From the NCBI GenBank assembly GCA_046086605.1, contig JBJSXX010000290.1:1-51887 (forward strand): a DNA stretch of 51,887 bases, given 5' to 3'. Shown piece by piece: positions 21,228 through 30,727 of this stretch (the stretch's first letter is position 1; each line of letters opens with the position of its first letter). The DNA is from Pirellula sp. (GTDB lineage: Bacteria > Planctomycetota > Planctomycetia > Pirellulales > Pirellulaceae). The translations under genes and the position numbers were made by a program. The notes under the pieces were generated by a model, which saw only the letters and a list, made by a program, of their open reading frames with translations, was not told the origin of the DNA and searched no databases.

Positions 21228-22184
21228 ATGAAGTGGAACATTTTTGTTGGATCGATGGTTTTGGGAGCATGCCTTAGCGGACAAAGCTTCGGCGGTGATC
21301 TAATCCATCGTCTGTTGGGTGGAAACGGCGTTGGAGCCAAGAGCTCTTGCTGTGATACCTCGGTTGTTGATCCTAGCTGCGGAGCCGAAATGGCTGGTTG
21401 CGGACGTGGCCCAAGCTGCGGAACCGAAATCGCTGCTCCTGCTTGCGATCCATGTGCCGGAGCCGGTGCTGGTATCGGAGCTGGTAAGGCTGGTTGCGGT
21501 CTTCTAGGAAAGCGTGGACCTAGCTGCGGAAGCGAAATCGCTGCTAGCGATGCTTGTGCAGGTAACAACGGCGGTGTAGTTGGACCTAGCTGCGGAGTTG
21601 AAACCGCTGGCTGTGCTCCTGCTCCTGTTTGCCGTACTCCAGTTCTCGATGGCCTCAAGGGTCTGAAGTGCAAACTGCACGCAGCTCATGTGGACAACAT
21701 GAACCGCATCCACAACGCTGCTGCTAACCTGCACTCGCGTTTGGCTGCAAAGCATGCTTGTAAGGTTACCGCTCCAAGCTGCGGAGCCGAAGTTGCTGGT
21801 CCAAGCTGCGGCGCTGAAATCGCTGGCGGTTGCGGTGCTGGTCCAAGCTGCGGTGCTGAAATCGCCGGCGGTTGCGGAAAAGGTGGCCTCCTCGGTCGTG
21901 GTCCTTCTTGCGGTGCTGAACTCGCTGCTAGCGATCCTTGCAGCGGTGCTGCTGCAGGTTGCGACAGCGGTTTCGGAGCTGCCAAGCGTTCTTGCGGACT
22001 GCTCGGAAAGATTTTCAAGAGCAAGTCAAGCTGTGACGCTGCTGCTTGTGACTCGGGTTGCAGCTCCTGCGGAAGCGCTCCTGCTGCCGCTCCTGCTGCT
22101 GCTCCAGCTCCAGTAGTCGATCCACATGCTTACCTGAACACCAATCGCGGTATCATTCAAGCTAGCAGCACCCGAGTTCGCTAA
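21228..22184 (+). CDS. secreted Cys/Gly/Ala-rich PSCGxE-repeat protein
   Basis: SD AGGGAG, signal peptide, eight PSCGxE repeats, 29 Cys in 318 aa, strong GCT/GGT codon bias and a terminator right after. Confidence 0.85.
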   Translation: MKWNIFVGSMVLGACLSGQSFGGDLIHRLLGGNGVGAKSSCCDTSVVDPSCGAEMAGCGRGPSCGTEIAAPACDPCAGAGAGIGAGKAGCGLLGKRGPSCGSEIAASDACAGNNGGVVGPSCGVETAGCAPAPVCRTPVLDGLKGLKCKLHAAHVDNMNRIHNAAANLHSRLAAKHACKVTAPSCGAEVAGPSCGAEIAGGCGAGPSCGAEIAGGCGKGGLLGRGPSCGAELAASDPCSGAAAGCDSGFGAAKRSCGLLGKIFKSKSSCDAAACDSGCSSCGSAPAAAPAAAPAPVVDPHAYLNTNRGIIQASSTRVR

Positions 22185-22225
22185 TTGCGAGCAAGGTTAG
22201 CTAGGGTTAAGGTACAAGCGAAATG

Positions 22226-22258
22226 AAAATCGGCTCGTGAAAACGAGCCGATTTTTTT
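22226..22258. terminator. intrinsic terminator, probably bidirectional
   Basis: AAAATCGGCTCGT-GAAA-ACGAGCCGATTTT followed by a T run, between convergent genes. Confidence 0.85.
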
Positions 22259-22293
22259 ATTGGATGCGAACAACGTTTTTCAAAGACCAGCCT

Positions 22294-23523
22294 CTATTGA
22301 GGCAAGCGACCTTCGTTGACCACTGGCAATGGTCCCGTCAGCGCCTTCATGAACTCGACCAAATCGGCTTTGTCTTGTGCCGACAATTCCAACTTCTTGA
22401 TCTTGTCGCTCAAGTAAGGATTCGGATGCCCACCCTTGGCATACCACTCCACAACTTCCTCGAGAGTCGCTTGGCTGCCGTCGTGCATGTAAGGTGCATT
22501 CAAGGCGACGTTTCTGAGTGTCGGGGTCTTGAAAGCACCCTTGTCCTTGTCCTGCTTGGTCTGCTCGTAACGCCCCAAATCAGGCTTCTCTGCGGCCATA
22601 CCGACACCTAAATTGTGATACAGCTCATCGGTGAAATTTGCTCCTGCATGGCATGCCGAGCAATTCGACTTGGTGCTGAAGAACAGATCGCGCCCTCGTT
22701 TGGCCGAATCACTCATCGGATTCGAGTCGCTCTTCTTCTTGAGTTCCTCGTACTTAGCAAAATTGGCTGGATCATCCTTCTTGAAGTCTTCGAGATCCTC
22801 GATTTCTTCACTGAAGGCCTCGGTGAATTTGCGCAGTGGTTCGTAAGCGTCATAGGGAGAGGTCCCTGTAACGATCGTTCGCTCAAATGCCGCAATGGCT
22901 TTGCCCACGTTGTCGATGTTCGGTGCTGCGCCAAAGATCTTCTCGAACTGGATGCGATACACTTCGTTGGCTGTCAAAAATTTGACCACACCCTCATGCG
23001 TGTTTCCCATTTCAATTGGGTTGGCAATTGGCCCAACAGCTTGAGCTTCGAGACTCCCCGCTCGGCCATCCCAAAACTGAGCCTTGCTCAAAATTCGATT
23101 GAATGAGGTCGGTGAGTTGCGACCACCGGTCTGGCCATTGATACCAACCCCAAACTGCGTGTGGGCCCCATAGCCCGCCGAAGGACTATGGCAGTCGGCA
23201 CAACTGACCGTTGCGTTCTTCGAAAGCCGCTTGTCAAAGTACAGCTGCCGCCCCAACTCGACCTTGGCTCGGGTCAAGGGATTGCCCTCGGGAATGTAAA
23301 TCGCTCCGGTGCCAGCCGAGAGTCCCTCGGGCAACTCCACGCTCAAAACAGCATGGTTGGCTGGGTTCTCCAGATACTTCTTGGCGTCCGCAGAGCTCAG
23401 AGCTCCCGAACCTGGAACCCCAGCCGTCAAACTCGGGTCTCCAAGCTTGACGCTATCAGCACACAAGCCAGCCACCGGCAGGGCCAAACCTACCAGAAAC
23501 GCTCCAATAAAATGCTTCTTCAT
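22294..23523 (-). CDS. di-heme cytochrome c peroxidase / MauG-family protein
   Basis: Signal peptide, LGRQLYFDKRLS, CADCH, RNSPT, QFWDGRA, CSACH and FKTPTLRNV...PYMHDGS. Confidence 0.92.
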   Translation of the reverse strand: MKKHFIGAFLVGLALPVAGLCADSVKLGDPSLTAGVPGSGALSSADAKKYLENPANHAVLSVELPEGLSAGTGAIYIPEGNPLTRAKVELGRQLYFDKRLSKNATVSCADCHSPSAGYGAHTQFGVGINGQTGGRNSPTSFNRILSKAQFWDGRAGSLEAQAVGPIANPIEMGNTHEGVVKFLTANEVYRIQFEKIFGAAPNIDNVGKAIAAFERTIVTGTSPYDAYEPLRKFTEAFSEEIEDLEDFKKDDPANFAKYEELKKKSDSNPMSDSAKRGRDLFFSTKSNCSACHAGANFTDELYHNLGVGMAAEKPDLGRYEQTKQDKDKGAFKTPTLRNVALNAPYMHDGSQATLEEVVEWYAKGGHPNPYLSDKIKKLELSAQDKADLVEFMKALTGPLPVVNEGRLPQ

Positions 23524-23647
23524 TTCTACGGAAATCCTTAGAAATCTTAAGAGTAAACAACAAATTTCGTCGCAATCCGGGAATAACCGCCAGAATCACG
23601 CGAGATTAACTCGTTAGTATAACCACTCGTCCAGTCGGCATGAATCC

Positions 23648-24946
23648 TCAGATCCTCACGAAGATCTTACGCCTGTAGAGCCACAGCAAAATCAGCCAGA
23701 AAATAAGCAAAACCAAGCATCCCAAGAAAAATGCTCGGTAGGGCTCGGGCACCCAAGCCCGTATAGCAAAACCGAAATGCCGCTCAATAGCCTGCTTGAG
23801 CCAACCCTCAACCGTCCAGCTCATCACATAAGCGACGATCGAGTTTGCTCCGATAACTCTAAAGAAAAACGACCAACTCGTCAGTCGAGCATCATCGCAA
23901 ATCCAACTCAGTACGAGCAACCACAAGAAACAGATCGCCCCACTCCAAAGAACCCAACTGGGTGTCCAGATCCGCTTGACAATCGGACAAATCCCAAAGT
24001 GATCTAAGGCCAAGGCACCTGCGAAACAGACCGCAGCGGTCGTTAAAAAAATCGCACTCCGCCGACCCGTTTGCTCGATATCCCGCATCCAACTCCCAGC
24101 CAACAACCCAAGGAGCATTGTCCCCAACGTCGGAATGAAACTCAACGTGCAGTATCCACCGGCCGAGAACTCAAACCTCTTCTCCCTAGGAAACAGATTC
24201 ATCCACCAAACATCGAATGCCCAAGCCGCATTGGAGTTTTTGTTCCAATGACCCGCAAACCCCTTGGCATGATGCTCCCAACTCTCGGGCACCCCCACAG
24301 CAGCGTAATTAAAACTGCTTGCGGGCAACGGATACAACGCGAAAACCAACCAGTAAGAAACCAAAACTCCGACCGCACCCAGCGCGATCGCTAACGGCTT
24401 GCGATCTGCGAAAAAGAACAATAGCCCATACCCCAATCCAATCTGAGTCAGCGTGTCGTCAAACGTAAAGTTCGTCGAAGGCTTTCCTAAACTGCGCAAG
24501 AAGATCCCCAAGAAAACCAGAATCAAACTTCTCACAAGTGCATGAAAGAACATCCACTCCCAAGACTGCCCCTCGCGCGATCGCTTCGAGAACGAGAAAG
24601 CCAACGATGTGCCGACCAAAAACGAAAACGCCGGTTGGATCATGTCGTGCAACGAACAACCACCCCATGCAACATGCGACGTGTGGAAATCGATCCACTC
24701 CAAAGCCTTTTGAACATTCTCCGAAAAACGATCCTTGACCGCTAGCAACTTGCCCCATTCGAGGACCTCGGCAAGCATCAGGAACATGACCATCCCGCGA
24801 AACACATCGATGCTCGTACGACGAACCGATGGGCTGATCGCTGGCGACGAAACCGGCGCAGATTGTTGATCCAAAGCGATGCCCGAAGTTCGCTCCTGGC
24901 GAAGCGACTTCAAAAGACTCTCGGCTGTAACGTCACTGTGATCCAT
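23648..24946 (-). CDS. DUF5009 / HGSNAT-like (NagX-like) membrane acyltransferase
   Basis: RTSIDVFRG, HVAWGGCSLHDMIQPAFSFLVG, PIVKRIWTPSWVL, IGANSI and LYRRKIFVRI; multiple TM segments. Confidence 0.85.
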   Translation of the reverse strand: MDHSDVTAESLLKSLRQERTSGIALDQQSAPVSSPAISPSVRRTSIDVFRGMVMFLMLAEVLEWGKLLAVKDRFSENVQKALEWIDFHTSHVAWGGCSLHDMIQPAFSFLVGTSLAFSFSKRSREGQSWEWMFFHALVRSLILVFLGIFLRSLGKPSTNFTFDDTLTQIGLGYGLLFFFADRKPLAIALGAVGVLVSYWLVFALYPLPASSFNYAAVGVPESWEHHAKGFAGHWNKNSNAAWAFDVWWMNLFPREKRFEFSAGGYCTLSFIPTLGTMLLGLLAGSWMRDIEQTGRRSAIFLTTAAVCFAGALALDHFGICPIVKRIWTPSWVLWSGAICFLWLLVLSWICDDARLTSWSFFFRVIGANSIVAYVMSWTVEGWLKQAIERHFGFAIRAWVPEPYRAFFLGCLVLLIFWLILLWLYRRKIFVRI

Positions 24947-25280
24947 TTCGAAACATCGGAGATATAAAGTCGATTAAAGGGCTGGCAGCAACCAGCAAAA
25001 AACCAAAGAGCCAAAACACATTATCCCACAAACCGCTTGGAAGAAAGCGGGCTGCAGCCAAAAGACCAAACCCCGCCAAGAAAAAAAACTCGGGTCTCAT
25101 GGGTCGCTGCCAAGCGGAAAACCAAAGCAACACGACCCAGAAAGCCACCAAGAGCCCCACCCCTCCCATCGCCATCCAACCGAACGACAAAAGCAGAAGC
25201 AAATGGATCAGGTAGTAATGGGTGAGCTTAAAGGAAAACCAGTTTTTGAGTTTTGCAAGGAACCTCATGACGCTTTGCAT
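24933..25280 (-). CDS. small hypothetical membrane protein
   Basis: 115 aa with 3-4 hydrophobic segments; overlaps the start of the next gene by 14 bp. Confidence 0.55.
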   Translation of the reverse strand: MQSVMRFLAKLKNWFSFKLTHYYLIHLLLLLSFGWMAMGGVGLLVAFWVVLLWFSAWQRPMRPEFFFLAGFGLLAAARFLPSGLWDNVFWLFGFLLVAASPLIDFISPMFRNGSQ

Positions 25281-25327
25281 TCTACCCGCAAAAGCTTTTC
25301 TTTTCGAGTTCGCTTAAAACCGGTTTG

Positions 25328-26281
25328 TTACCACTGGGGCTCATTTCTCACGACAAATGCATAAATAATCCCCAGAGCAACACCCAAGATCACGAAAAGG
25401 ATCGCAACTCGAACAACGAAGGATCCTTTAAAGAATCGACAAACAAACCCATCGACCAGCGCTGCTAGCGATGGGATGCCCAAAAGCAAAACCAAGACTC
25501 CTGTTGGCAAGGGACTCCAAGAATAAGCCCGCGAGAGACTAAGGCCCGCAACAGCACTAAAAGCAAGCAGAGGAGTCAGGCTCGACTCACACCAAGCTTG
25601 CTTGGATAGCCCAAGTACCAACATCACTCCTGCCATCATCGACCCACTAAAAACCATCCACTCTCCAAGCGAGGCGTAACTCTGCAAAACAACCGCCGCG
25701 ACGCACCCAAGTTGCATAACATGCACCCAGCCAAACCAAACACTACCAGCGGTCTCTTGCCGCCAGTGGACCAACGCGATATTCGAAAGAGCAAAAACCA
25801 AACTCAATAGGCTCAAGACACTGAACCAAGTTCTTTGATCGGCGTAGCCTGGCCCATCAGGAAACATGAACCATGCCATCAGGGCCATCGCAAGACCCAT
25901 GAAAAGGGCAATCACTGCGCTCGCAAATGGCGAACTTTTCATGATGGCTTTTAGCGCGATCCAACCGCTCAACACCAGCGGCCCTATCATAACCCAATGC
26001 ATCCAACGTTCGCGAGCCTCCCAACTAGTCCACTGCTGGGGAGTCAGCAGAATCCCCCGACTTCCTAATTCGGAGACCCAAAATGCCACCCACACCAAGA
26101 CGCACCCCAAAGCCCACCCCAATACACGGATTTTTGGACGCCTGGTCTCTAGCCCAGACTGTCCGTCCGTCGTCGCCGGCAATCCGAGGCGATGTCGCAA
26201 AAACCAAGCCGACAGCGCACCAAAGACCAGTGGCAATAGCACCCGAAACAGCAAGAGTTTTCCTTCGAATTCAGAATTCAT
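25328..26281 (-). CDS. hypothetical multi-pass membrane protein
   Basis: 317 aa with about 9-10 TM segments; SD-like GGGGAG/GAGG upstream. Confidence 0.75.
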   Translation of the reverse strand: MNSEFEGKLLLFRVLLPLVFGALSAWFLRHRLGLPATTDGQSGLETRRPKIRVLGWALGCVLVWVAFWVSELGSRGILLTPQQWTSWEARERWMHWVMIGPLVLSGWIALKAIMKSSPFASAVIALFMGLAMALMAWFMFPDGPGYADQRTWFSVLSLLSLVFALSNIALVHWRQETAGSVWFGWVHVMQLGCVAAVVLQSYASLGEWMVFSGSMMAGVMLVLGLSKQAWCESSLTPLLAFSAVAGLSLSRAYSWSPLPTGVLVLLLGIPSLAALVDGFVCRFFKGSFVVRVAILFVILGVALGIIYAFVVRNEPQW

Positions 26282-26359
26282 CCTCGCTCCCCTGACTCGC
26301 CAAATGAAACCAGCAAGTTATAGTAGGGTAACTCTATAGAGAACAGAGCTAAGCGACCT

Positions 26360-26881
26360 TTGAAGATGGCCAACCACTCGAAACACGACTCCGAACCGCT
26401 CCAGGCCGTCAAGGTTTCGATGACGCCTTTGCAACGCTACGAGGAGTTCCTCCAAGCCCGTGGACTTAGGAACACCTCCCAAAAAAAGTTCTTGCTCGAA
26501 CAAGTTTTCAATCGACACGAGCATTTCGATGCCGATCTGCTGATCGATCAACTCCCCTCCAGGGGTGCTACCAACTACGTCTCCCGCCCAACCGTCTATC
26601 GAACCCTCAAGGAATTCGTCGACGCAGGTCTGCTCCATCGCTTCGAACTCGACGGTCGAAGCATGTACGAACTTAACTACGGATACCCCGAGCACGACCA
26701 CTTGTACTGCACCAAGTGTCGTCAACTCATCGAATTTACCAGCGATGAACTCGTTCGAATCCGGGATGAAGTCGCCAGAACCCACCGCTTCCGCGTCAAA
26801 GACCATCGCTTTATCATCCAAGGCACCTGCGACCAGTGCGCCAAAAAACGGTCCTTGGGCCGCCGCCAAGACCGCGTCTAG
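26360..26881 (+). CDS. Fur-family transcriptional regulator
   Basis: GLRNT, HFDAD, VSRPTVYRTL, HDHLYCTKC and GTCDQC. The start may be the ATG at 26366; the metal specificity cannot be assigned. Confidence 0.93.
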   Translation: MKMANHSKHDSEPLQAVKVSMTPLQRYEEFLQARGLRNTSQKKFLLEQVFNRHEHFDADLLIDQLPSRGATNYVSRPTVYRTLKEFVDAGLLHRFELDGRSMYELNYGYPEHDHLYCTKCRQLIEFTSDELVRIRDEVARTHRFRVKDHRFIIQGTCDQCAKKRSLGRRQDRV

Positions 26882-27146
26882 AACGCGAAAGCCTCAGGGA
26901 TCTCACTACCTGAAACGAACCCTTTCGCGGTCTATCATCTGGGAATTCAAACCCTATAACTGAACCAAGCCTGCTGGCTATCTCAGGACGATTTCTCAAT
27001 CCTTAAGCCCCCCCGAAAGGGACTTTTCCGGACATTATTCGGTTCCCAAGGCTCAGGCTTGCTTGACTCTGCCTTTCTGAAAAGTTAAATAACAAATAAG
27101 GAGGGTTTCATTTTTTCCTTTATCTTATCGTTACTGGAGCTGTATC

Positions 27147-28253
27147 ATGCGTAAAAGGTCGTCTTCTGGCTTTACTCTCGTAGAGCTTTTGGTGGTCATC
27201 GCCATCATCGGTATTTTGGTGGGTCTGTTACTTCCGGCAGTCCAAGCGGCACGTGAGGCCGCCCGACGCATGCAGTGCAGCAACAACATGAAACAACAAG
27301 CCCTCGGAGTTCTCAACTACGAGGCATCCTACAAACGACTTCCATCACTCCAATCCGGAAGTGGAAACATCGTTCAAACCCAGCAACGATTCGCTATGGC
27401 CGGTTGGTGGGAGATCCTGCCATATATCGAAGGCACTACGCTTTATGATCGAATCAATGGCCTCAACAATGGATTCGGACTTGAGCCATGGAACGGCAAC
27501 GCTGCCTATCGAGAAAGGGCTGCGTGGCTCGAATGCCCGAGCGATGCAGGTACCGACGAGCCGGTTAATCCAAACCGCACCCGAGGACTTTCGAGCTATG
27601 GCATGTGCGTAGGCGATAACATGGCCGCCTCTCAAATCGTGGTAAACGGAACCGAAGAGAGGAGCGACTTGACGCTCGCTCTCCAAAAGCGGGCGATTAT
27701 CAACCGAGGGATGTTTGGCCGAGCATCTTACCATCCACTGGGCCACGTCAAAGATGGTTTGAGCAACACAATCATGCTTGCCGAACGCCAAAGACCCAGA
27801 GATGTCAACACCAAAGGTGCCGTTGTCCTCATCGCTTCTGACGCTGCAACCTATGCTCCACTTAGTTGCAAAGCTCAGCTGATCGGAAATAAATACGTTA
27901 ATCCAGGTTTGATCTTCACTAGCGATACGATGCCTGGATACCGAGCATGGGAAGGTAAAGCGTTCTTCAATGGTGTTTCGACAATTCTTCCTCCCAATAA
28001 CGCCGTCTGTATGGTCAGCACCGGCTCGGTTTCTCCTCACTGGTTCCCTGGAATCTGGACTCCCACCAGCGAACACGGCGGCGGTGTTCAGATCTCTCTG
28101 GGAGATGGCTCGGTAAGATTCATTAGCGATAGCATCGACTCAGGAAACCTCGGTGCAGTCGCTCCAACCCTCAGCAGTGGCATGAGCCCCTACGGAGTAT
28201 GGGGAGCCCTAGGCTCCAAGGCAGGTGGAGAAACCCCTGTCGATTACGAATGA
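27147..28253 (+). CDS. DUF1559 prepilin-type N-terminal cleavage/methylation protein with H-X9-DG motif
   Basis: GFTLVELLVVIAIIGILVGLLLPAVQAAREAARRMQCSNN, CPSD, DGLSNTIMLAE and HGGGVQISLGDGSVRF. Confidence 0.95.
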   Translation: MRKRSSSGFTLVELLVVIAIIGILVGLLLPAVQAAREAARRMQCSNNMKQQALGVLNYEASYKRLPSLQSGSGNIVQTQQRFAMAGWWEILPYIEGTTLYDRINGLNNGFGLEPWNGNAAYRERAAWLECPSDAGTDEPVNPNRTRGLSSYGMCVGDNMAASQIVVNGTEERSDLTLALQKRAIINRGMFGRASYHPLGHVKDGLSNTIMLAERQRPRDVNTKGAVVLIASDAATYAPLSCKAQLIGNKYVNPGLIFTSDTMPGYRAWEGKAFFNGVSTILPPNNAVCMVSTGSVSPHWFPGIWTPTSEHGGGVQISLGDGSVRFISDSIDSGNLGAVAPTLSSGMSPYGVWGALGSKAGGETPVDYE

Positions 28254-28281
28254 TCTATCTTCATCTTAGAACTACCGAATC

Positions 28282-28740
28282 ATGCTAAATCGCTACACTC
28301 ATATTGTTGCACTCCCAACTCTACTTTTATGCCTAAGCACTCTTACCGTTGGTTGCAACAATAAGAGGCTCCCTACGATCGTAAAAGCAGAGGGGACGGT
28401 CACACTCGACGGAAATCCAGTCGAAAATGCGACCATTGCCTTCATCTCCGAAAGGACCGACTACCATGCCGTCGGAAACACGAACGCACAAGGCAAATTC
28501 GCAATGCGCGTATCGAGGGATGAATACAACGGTAAGGAAGGGGCATGCCCGGGTGATTACAAAGTCGAGATTTCCAAGTCCGTGATTGTAAACGCCAGCG
28601 GTTCCCCCTCTGGTGAAGCGGTCGTGAATCTTCGTAACGAACTTCCCACCAAATACGCCAGTATCGGAAGTTCGGAATTGGTCATCACAGTACCAGATAA
28701 AGGTTCAGATCAACTCAACTTCGATCTCAAATCCAAGTAG
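28282..28740 (+). CDS. carboxypeptidase-regulatory-like domain lipoprotein (usual DUF1559 partner)
   Basis: Lipobox LTVGC, GTVTLDGNPV, TNAQGKF, PGDYKVEISK, PTKY and NFDL. Confidence 0.88.
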   Translation: MLNRYTHIVALPTLLLCLSTLTVGCNNKRLPTIVKAEGTVTLDGNPVENATIAFISERTDYHAVGNTNAQGKFAMRVSRDEYNGKEGACPGDYKVEISKSVIVNASGSPSGEAVVNLRNELPTKYASIGSSELVITVPDKGSDQLNFDLKSK

Positions 28741-28771
28741 TCACAACCGACGACTTCTCTGTAAAATCCAC

Positions 28772-28809
28772 AAGGTTCGGCTCGATCAAATCGGGCCGAA
28801 CCTTTTTTT
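28772..28809 (+). terminator. intrinsic terminator
   Basis: AAGGTTCGGCTCGAT-CAA-ATCGGGCCGAACCTT followed by a T run. Confidence 0.85.
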
Positions 28810-28833
28810 ACACCCAAACATACTGCCTTCACT

Positions 28834-30036
28834 ATGAACACGAAATCCTGGCAAGGTCTCCACTGGCTCGATTCTCAAGCCGACCAAATGGCAAAGGATC
28901 TGATCGAACTTTGCAACATTAACTCCGGTTCCGACAACCCGCAAGGCCTCGATCGCGCCGCCAATTGGCTCGAAAACTTCTTCTCACCCTTATCGGTACC
29001 TTGCCAAAGAATCGATTTGCCACCCTACCGACTCTTGGACGATACCGCCAAGGAATCCACTTACGATACCGGACCGGCTCTTCGTTGGGATCTTGGGGCG
29101 GCCTCGACCAAAGGCATCCTCTGGACGATCCACTACGATACGGTCTACGGCAAAGACGACCCGTTCCAGTCTTGCAATCTTTTGCCAAACAATAAATTGC
29201 AAGGCCCCGGTGTCATCGATGCCAAAGGCGGAATCGTCATCATGCGCTACGCCGCCTTAGCCCTTAAGCAGTTCGCCGATCTATCCAACGCTCGCCTGAC
29301 AATCCTACTGACACCCGATGAGGAAATTGGCTCTCCATCGTCTCTTGGACTGTGGCAATCGATCGCCAAGGACTTCCATTCCGCATTTCTTTTCGAGCCA
29401 ACCATGGCAGACGGAAGTCTCGTTCAAGCCCGCAAGGGTACAGGCACTTTTATCTTCGTCATTCGAGGCAAGGCAGCTCACGCAGGACGCAACTTTCACG
29501 AAGGGCGAAACGCCATCGTTCACGGCTGCGAACTGGCATCCAAAATCCACCAACTCAACGGCCATCGCCCAACTGTTACGATCAACATCGGTCGTATCCG
29601 AGGCGGCAACGCCGTCAATGTCGTCCCGGACACTGCCGTCCTGCGGGTCAACGTCCGCATCGCCGACTCCCAAGACCAACACTGGGTCGAACAGCAACTC
29701 AAGGAACTAACAAACACCTTCGACCAGCCTCAAAACGGCTTGCGCGTCGAATTATCGGGTGGTATCCATGCACCAGCAAAAACCTGCGACGAACCAACAC
29801 AAAGACTCAAAGAAAAAATCGAACTCGCTGCCGGCCAACTCGGTCAATCCATCCATTGGAAAGAATCCGGAGGAGCCAGCGACGGAAACAAGCTCCAAGC
29901 CCTCGGTCTCCCGAACATCGATACCCTAGGGCCCCGTGGTGATGCACTTCACAGCGATCAAGAATGGATCGACCTAACTAGCCTTGTAGAAAAAGCCCAA
30001 CTCACCTGCGCAACATTCCTTCAATGCAATCAATAA
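28834..30036 (+). CDS. M20-family metallohydrolase (glutamate carboxypeptidase-like)
   Basis: INSGS, HYDTV, GPGVIDAKGG, DEEIGS, FEP, AAHAGR, GGASDGN and HSDQE. Confidence 0.9.
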   Translation: MNTKSWQGLHWLDSQADQMAKDLIELCNINSGSDNPQGLDRAANWLENFFSPLSVPCQRIDLPPYRLLDDTAKESTYDTGPALRWDLGAASTKGILWTIHYDTVYGKDDPFQSCNLLPNNKLQGPGVIDAKGGIVIMRYAALALKQFADLSNARLTILLTPDEEIGSPSSLGLWQSIAKDFHSAFLFEPTMADGSLVQARKGTGTFIFVIRGKAAHAGRNFHEGRNAIVHGCELASKIHQLNGHRPTVTINIGRIRGGNAVNVVPDTAVLRVNVRIADSQDQHWVEQQLKELTNTFDQPQNGLRVELSGGIHAPAKTCDEPTQRLKEKIELAAGQLGQSIHWKESGGASDGNKLQALGLPNIDTLGPRGDALHSDQEWIDLTSLVEKAQLTCATFLQCNQ

Positions 30037-30043
30037 CCCCAGC

Positions 30044-30076
30044 CAAATCTTTTTGCCCTCAAATCTTTTTGCCCTC
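30044..30076. repeat. 16-bp tandem duplication
   Basis: CAAATCTTTTTGCCCT twice, between convergent genes. Confidence 0.8.
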
Positions 30077-30092
30077 TTCTTCCAAGTTCCGG

Positions 30093-30686
30093 CTACAGCG
30101 GACGGTGCTCAAGCTCGTAAGCGGTGATCTTCGACTCATGTTCGAGCGTCAGACCGATATCATCCAAGCCATGAAGCAAGCAATGTCGCCTAAATGGCTC
30201 GACTTCAAAAGTCGCACGAAACCCGCTTTGATCAAAGACTTGGTTCTGCTCAAGATCGATCGTCAGTTGATAGCCTTGGCTCGATGCATGCCTTCGAAAT
30301 AGCTCTTCGACAAGTTGCTCCGAGAGCGCGATTGGCAAGACACCGTTTTTAAAACAATTGTTGTAAAAAATATCGGCAAATGAGGGAGCGATCACGGCCC
30401 GAATTCCAAAGTCCTCGATCGCCCAAACGGCGTGCTCACGCGAAGACCCACTACCGAAATTACGACGAGCGATAAGGATCGAGGCCCCTGCATTGCGATC
30501 TATGTTCAACTCAAAGTTCGGGTTCGGATCGCCATTTTCCAAAAACCGCCAATCAAAGAAAAGAAACTGGCCAAACCCGCTCCGCTCGATCCTTTTGAGA
30601 AACTGCTTGGGGATGATCTGATCGGTATCCACATTCGCTCGATCCATCGCAGCAACAATGCCGGTGACTTTAGTAAACGCTTTCAT
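30093..30686 (-). CDS. leuD: 3-isopropylmalate dehydratase small subunit
   Basis: [30 protein letters not shown] and GLDDIGLTL. Confidence 0.97.
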   Translation of the reverse strand: MKAFTKVTGIVAAMDRANVDTDQIIPKQFLKRIERSGFGQFLFFDWRFLENGDPNPNFELNIDRNAGASILIARRNFGSGSSREHAVWAIEDFGIRAVIAPSFADIFYNNCFKNGVLPIALSEQLVEELFRRHASSQGYQLTIDLEQNQVFDQSGFRATFEVEPFRRHCLLHGLDDIGLTLEHESKITAYELEHRPL

Positions 30687-30727
30687 AGTTAGCCTTATTG
30701 GATTGCTTTTTTTAGATTTTGCGGACG

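Noticed and set aside
21372-21920. PSCGAE repeats as alpha-2-macroglobulin-like thioester motifs
   Set aside because: The thioester motif needs CxEQ; the Gln is absent and the spacing differs.
15003-25320. Shared 12-mer TTCGCTTAAAAC in two intergenic regions (about 15003 and 25309)
   Set aside because: 12-mer matches are expected by chance in 52 kb and there is no other support.
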